The translations under genes were made by a program, and so were the position numbers. DNA of 30,557 nucleotides from Alphaproteobacteria bacterium. Lineage in GTDB: Bacteria; Pseudomonadota; Alphaproteobacteria; Rs-D84; SZUA-605. The stretch covers positions 1 to 30,557 of the forward strand of contig JAVBPW010000008.1 in the NCBI GenBank assembly GCA_031549385.1, given 5' to 3'. Each line of letters opens with the position of its first letter. The first letter of the stretch is position 1. The notes beneath the pieces are model-generated. The model did no database searches and had not been told where the DNA came from. It saw only the letters and a program-made list of their open reading frames with translations. Shown here one piece after another: positions 27,651 to 30,557 of the stretch.

Positions 27651-30557
27651 ATGAATTTCAAGAAAATTTTATTACCACTAATTGGAATTATAGGATTGTT
27701 TTCAACAAATGTTATAGCGCAAAGTGCAACATGGACAGGTGCTGATGCTCCAATTCCTAATCCTGCATATTATTCTTGTGGTGGAAGTATAGATGGTGGA
27801 AATAACGATTGTATTACTATACTTAGTTGGTCTAACTCTTCAAATATATCAGTAACAGGTGTTGGTAGTGAAGATAATTATGCAAACTTTATTGCAAATC
27901 TTAACATTAGTAGTTCTTATTCAGCATTATTGGATATAAGATCTGGAGTTAATTATTTAAACATTTATAATGATGTTGGTAATTCTATGACTGCAGATAC
28001 TTCTATTATAAGAGTATTAAGTAATGCAGAATATCATGGGAATATTGTTAATTTAGGTACTATGAGAAATACTAATACTGGTACAAGTTATACAATGCAA
28101 TTTATCAGTAAATTATACGGTAATATTTATAATGGTTGGAATGGAATAACAGGGGCAGAATCAGTTACAAATGATAATGCAAGAATTACAGCAACTGCAA
28201 CATCTGTAGTTCAAAGACAGATTATTATTTTCAATGATGGTATGACTGGAATTATAGATAATTCAGGTCTTATTGGGACATATAATCCCAAAACTGGTAC
28301 TGTATACATAGATGATGCAATAAGATTTACTACGGGAGATTATGGATTAACAGGGGATACAGGTATAAGATTCATAAACAGAGAAACAGGTATTATAGGA
28401 GGAGAATATGGGGGGTTATCTATTGAAACTGGTGCAACAGTTTATGGAGATATTATAAATTTAGGGTTAATGACTAGTCAATCAATAGCATCAGGATCAG
28501 GGATTTCTAATCTTACTAGTACTGGCGTTATAAATGGTAATATTTATAATGGTTGGGATGGTAATGGTAGTACATCAATAAATACCTCAGCTAAAGTTAC
28601 TGGATACACAGGAATGTCATTATCAAACTTTTCTGGAGGTTTATATAACTATGGTATAATAGGAGATACTTACTTAACAAGAAATGGAACTACAGCTAAC
28701 GCTGTACAAGGTCTTAATCTTATAATGATGGGTGTAGCAAAAGAGGTAATAAATTACAAAGGAGCTAAAATTATAGGTTCAACATATGGTATGTATGTTG
28801 GTGGAACTTTTACAAATGGAGTAACAAACTTAGGATTAATACAAGGTGGAACATCTTTAACAACCCATTATGGGTTATGGTTTGGCATGACTGGTAATCT
28901 AATAAATGGAAGTATAACAAATACAGTAGAAGAAAATTTACAAGCAATTATTTCTGGATATTCAGGCATTAAATTAAATGGAGGTACAGGTAACATAGAA
29001 AATTATGGTGTTATACAAGGAACGGCATTTGGTATTGATATCCCAATAGGAGCATATGCTCTAAATGGAAAAGTTATAAATTACGAAGGTGGGGTAATTC
29101 AAGGTGGTAGTTATGCTCTTTACAATCCAGCAATAGGTATTTTTTTAAATTATCAAGGTAATGGAACATTAGTTGGAGGGATTTATACAGCAGGTTCAAG
29201 TGATGGTGGGTATATATTTTCTAATATGAACAGAACACCTATTAATAAAACAAATAGCATATCAGGAGGTACAGCAAATAATATAAATTATTATGGTGGA
29301 ATTGTTAATAGCATTGATTATGGAACAACTATTTTAAAATTACAATACTCTCAATCAGATATTAATTTAAATTGGACACAACCTGCTCAAATAACAGGCG
29401 TTCCTGGATACTTAACTCTTAATGGTATAATAAATAATATAACAATTGATGGTAATTCAATAACAAGTACAGGAAAATTTTTAATTGCTCAAACAACAAA
29501 TCAAGCAATAACATATTCAAATTTATCAACAATCACAGCAACAGATAATAACACACATGCTAATGGATATGGTTTTGATTTAACTAATAAATCATTAATA
29601 TATTCTTATGACTATTCAGTAACTTCTCAAAATAATAAGAGATTGTGGTTATTCTATGCACTTAATTGGTGGACAGAAGGTGATGCTTCTCATTTAGAAG
29701 CAAAATGGTTTAGTGTTTCTGGTACATATGCTTCAACAAGGATAAATTCATCAGATATACAAATAAGAAACATTGGAACATCTTCAGACTTTAAAACTTT
29801 AAATATAAATAACTCTATAACTTCTGTTAACAACGATGCTGCTATAAAAATTATTGATGGTGAAAATTATTTAAATATATTTGTATATCAACCAATAACA
29901 GGAAAAGCTGGAGAAAAAGCAATAAGTTTTGAAGGTGGAAATTTCTATGGTTATATAAGTAATAATTCTAATCTAATAGGAATAAATGGAACTGCAACAG
30001 GTTATGCTATATATAATGCTGGTTTAAATCAGGTAAATTATAGAGGTTCAGGTATATTAACAGGTAAGTTATATTCAGGTGGAGGTTTTATTTTCTCTGA
30101 AATGATAAGTGCACCAATTGCAAATACAATAGAAGGTAATGGAAAAATTTCATACTATAGTGGAACAATAAATAGTATTGATTATGGTTATACACAATTA
30201 AATCTAGCATACACTGCAGGCAATATGACTGTTGCAAAAGTAACAACACCAGGAGCATTGGAATTCAACGGAGTAATATTAAATTATACTGGAACAATTG
30301 GAACAGGAAGATACTTAGTTGGAACATCAACAAATGGTACGGTATCACAATTAAATCTATCTACAAGAATTAATGGTAGTTCCACTATTCCTACAAATTA
30401 TGAAGTGACATATTATACAGCAAATTCAAACAAAGAATTGTGGATGGCATACACACTTGCATATTGGACACAAGGTGATAATTCACACTTAGATATAGCA
30501 AGAAGCTTTACATGCACAGGTAATGACTGTACATCAACAGTTGCATCAACTGATATC
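27651..30557 (+). CDS. Large secreted repetitive surface protein, autotransporter-passenger or beta-helix-like (partial, over 969 aa, runs off the window)
   Basis: Absent from the ORF track because no stop is reached. Hand translation is open for 969 codons from ATG 27651. Signal peptide MNFKKILLPLIGIIGLFSTNVIAQSA. Gly/Asn/Thr/Ile-rich with recurring G.I.N.G..G short repeats and long internal duplications. Confidence 0.85.
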   Translation, partial: MNFKKILLPLIGIIGLFSTNVIAQSATWTGADAPIPNPAYYSCGGSIDGGNNDCITILSWSNSSNISVTGVGSEDNYANFIANLNISSSYSALLDIRSGVNYLNIYNDVGNSMTADTSIIRVLSNAEYHGNIVNLGTMRNTNTGTSYTMQFISKLYGNIYNGWNGITGAESVTNDNARITATATSVVQRQIIIFNDGMTGIIDNSGLIGTYNPKTGTVYIDDAIRFTTGDYGLTGDTGIRFINRETGIIGGEYGGLSIETGATVYGDIINLGLMTSQSIASGSGISNLTSTGVINGNIYNGWDGNGSTSINTSAKVTGYTGMSLSNFSGGLYNYGIIGDTYLTRNGTTANAVQGLNLIMMGVAKEVINYKGAKIIGSTYGMYVGGTFTNGVTNLGLIQGGTSLTTHYGLWFGMTGNLINGSITNTVEENLQAIISGYSGIKLNGGTGNIENYGVIQGTAFGIDIPIGAYALNGKVINYEGGVIQGGSYALYNPAIGIFLNYQGNGTLVGGIYTAGSSDGGYIFSNMNRTPINKTNSISGGTANNINYYGGIVNSIDYGTTILKLQYSQSDINLNWTQPAQITGVPGYLTLNGIINNITIDGNSITSTGKFLIAQTTNQAITYSNLSTITATDNNTHANGYGFDLTNKSLIYSYDYSVTSQNNKRLWLFYALNWWTEGDASHLEAKWFSVSGTYASTRINSSDIQIRNIGTSSDFKTLNINNSITSVNNDAAIKIIDGENYLNIFVYQPITGKAGEKAISFEGGNFYGYISNNSNLIGINGTATGYAIYNAGLNQVNYRGSGILTGKLYSGGGFIFSEMISAPIANTIEGNGKISYYSGTINSIDYGYTQLNLAYTAGNMTVAKVTTPGALEFNGVILNYTGTIGTGRYLVGTSTNGTVSQLNLSTRINGSSTIPTNYEVTYYTANSNKELWMAYTLAYWTQGDNSHLDIARSFTCTGNDCTSTVASTDI
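28119..28556 (+). repeat. Intragenic repeat with a 417-nt (139-aa) period
   Basis: The identical 21-mer GGTAATATTTATAATGGTTGG (GNIYNGW) occurs at 28119-28139 and 28536-28556, with similar flanking context (LG.M...GNIYNGW.G). Confidence 0.8.
29287..30557 (+). repeat. Intragenic module duplication of about 265-290 aa
   Basis: YYGGIVNSIDYG...LWLFYALNWWTEGDASHL (from 29287) is collinear with YYSGTINSIDYG...LWMAYTLAYWTQGDNSHL (from 30153). The W-T-x-G-D module openers lie at 27733, 29669 and 30465. Confidence 0.8.

Overview
AT-rich Gram-negative chromosome segment. The Lpt, BamD, porin and KdsD genes indicate an LPS outer membrane. The 16S is proteobacterium-like but very divergent, which suggests a fast-evolving, possibly host-associated lineage. 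Contents: (1) a complete rrn operon, 16S-tRNAIle(GAU)-tRNAAla(UGC)-23S-5S (about 1279-6578), with a visible promoter, boxA-like repeats and long-range processing stems. (2) Core genes: SAM methyltransferase, single-chain pyruvate:ferredoxin oxidoreductase, plsY, dprA, murJ, bamD, the kdsD-lptC-lptA-lptB operon, hemW, queH, a porin, rpe, ftsA and fmt. (3) Two small higher-GC islands (about 6684-9486 and 23662-24745) holding eight or nine small genes: a DHFR, five hypothetical proteins of 147-161 aa, and two overlapping mini membrane peptides. Most are stand-alone transcription units with a near-consensus TTGACA or TAGACA promoter and, for several, their own hairpin terminator. Almost all carry the same exact 11-nt leader AAACTTAAAAA (or the variant AAATTTTAAAAATC) 2-10 nt before the ATG, in place of a Shine-Dalgarno sequence. 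This leader-tagged gene set is the best candidate here for an undescribed system. (4) A secreted, internally repetitive protein of more than 969 aa, autotransporter or beta-helix-like, that runs off the 3' edge. Other items worth a look: compensated substitutions in the 16S decoding-site helix 44, an orphan promoter-terminator unit that may be an sRNA between bamD and lptB, and a 48-codon ORF translationally coupled between queH and hemW. No CRISPR array, transposase, integrase or IS element was recognised. All calls come from reading the sequence and ORF track by eye; no database search was possible.
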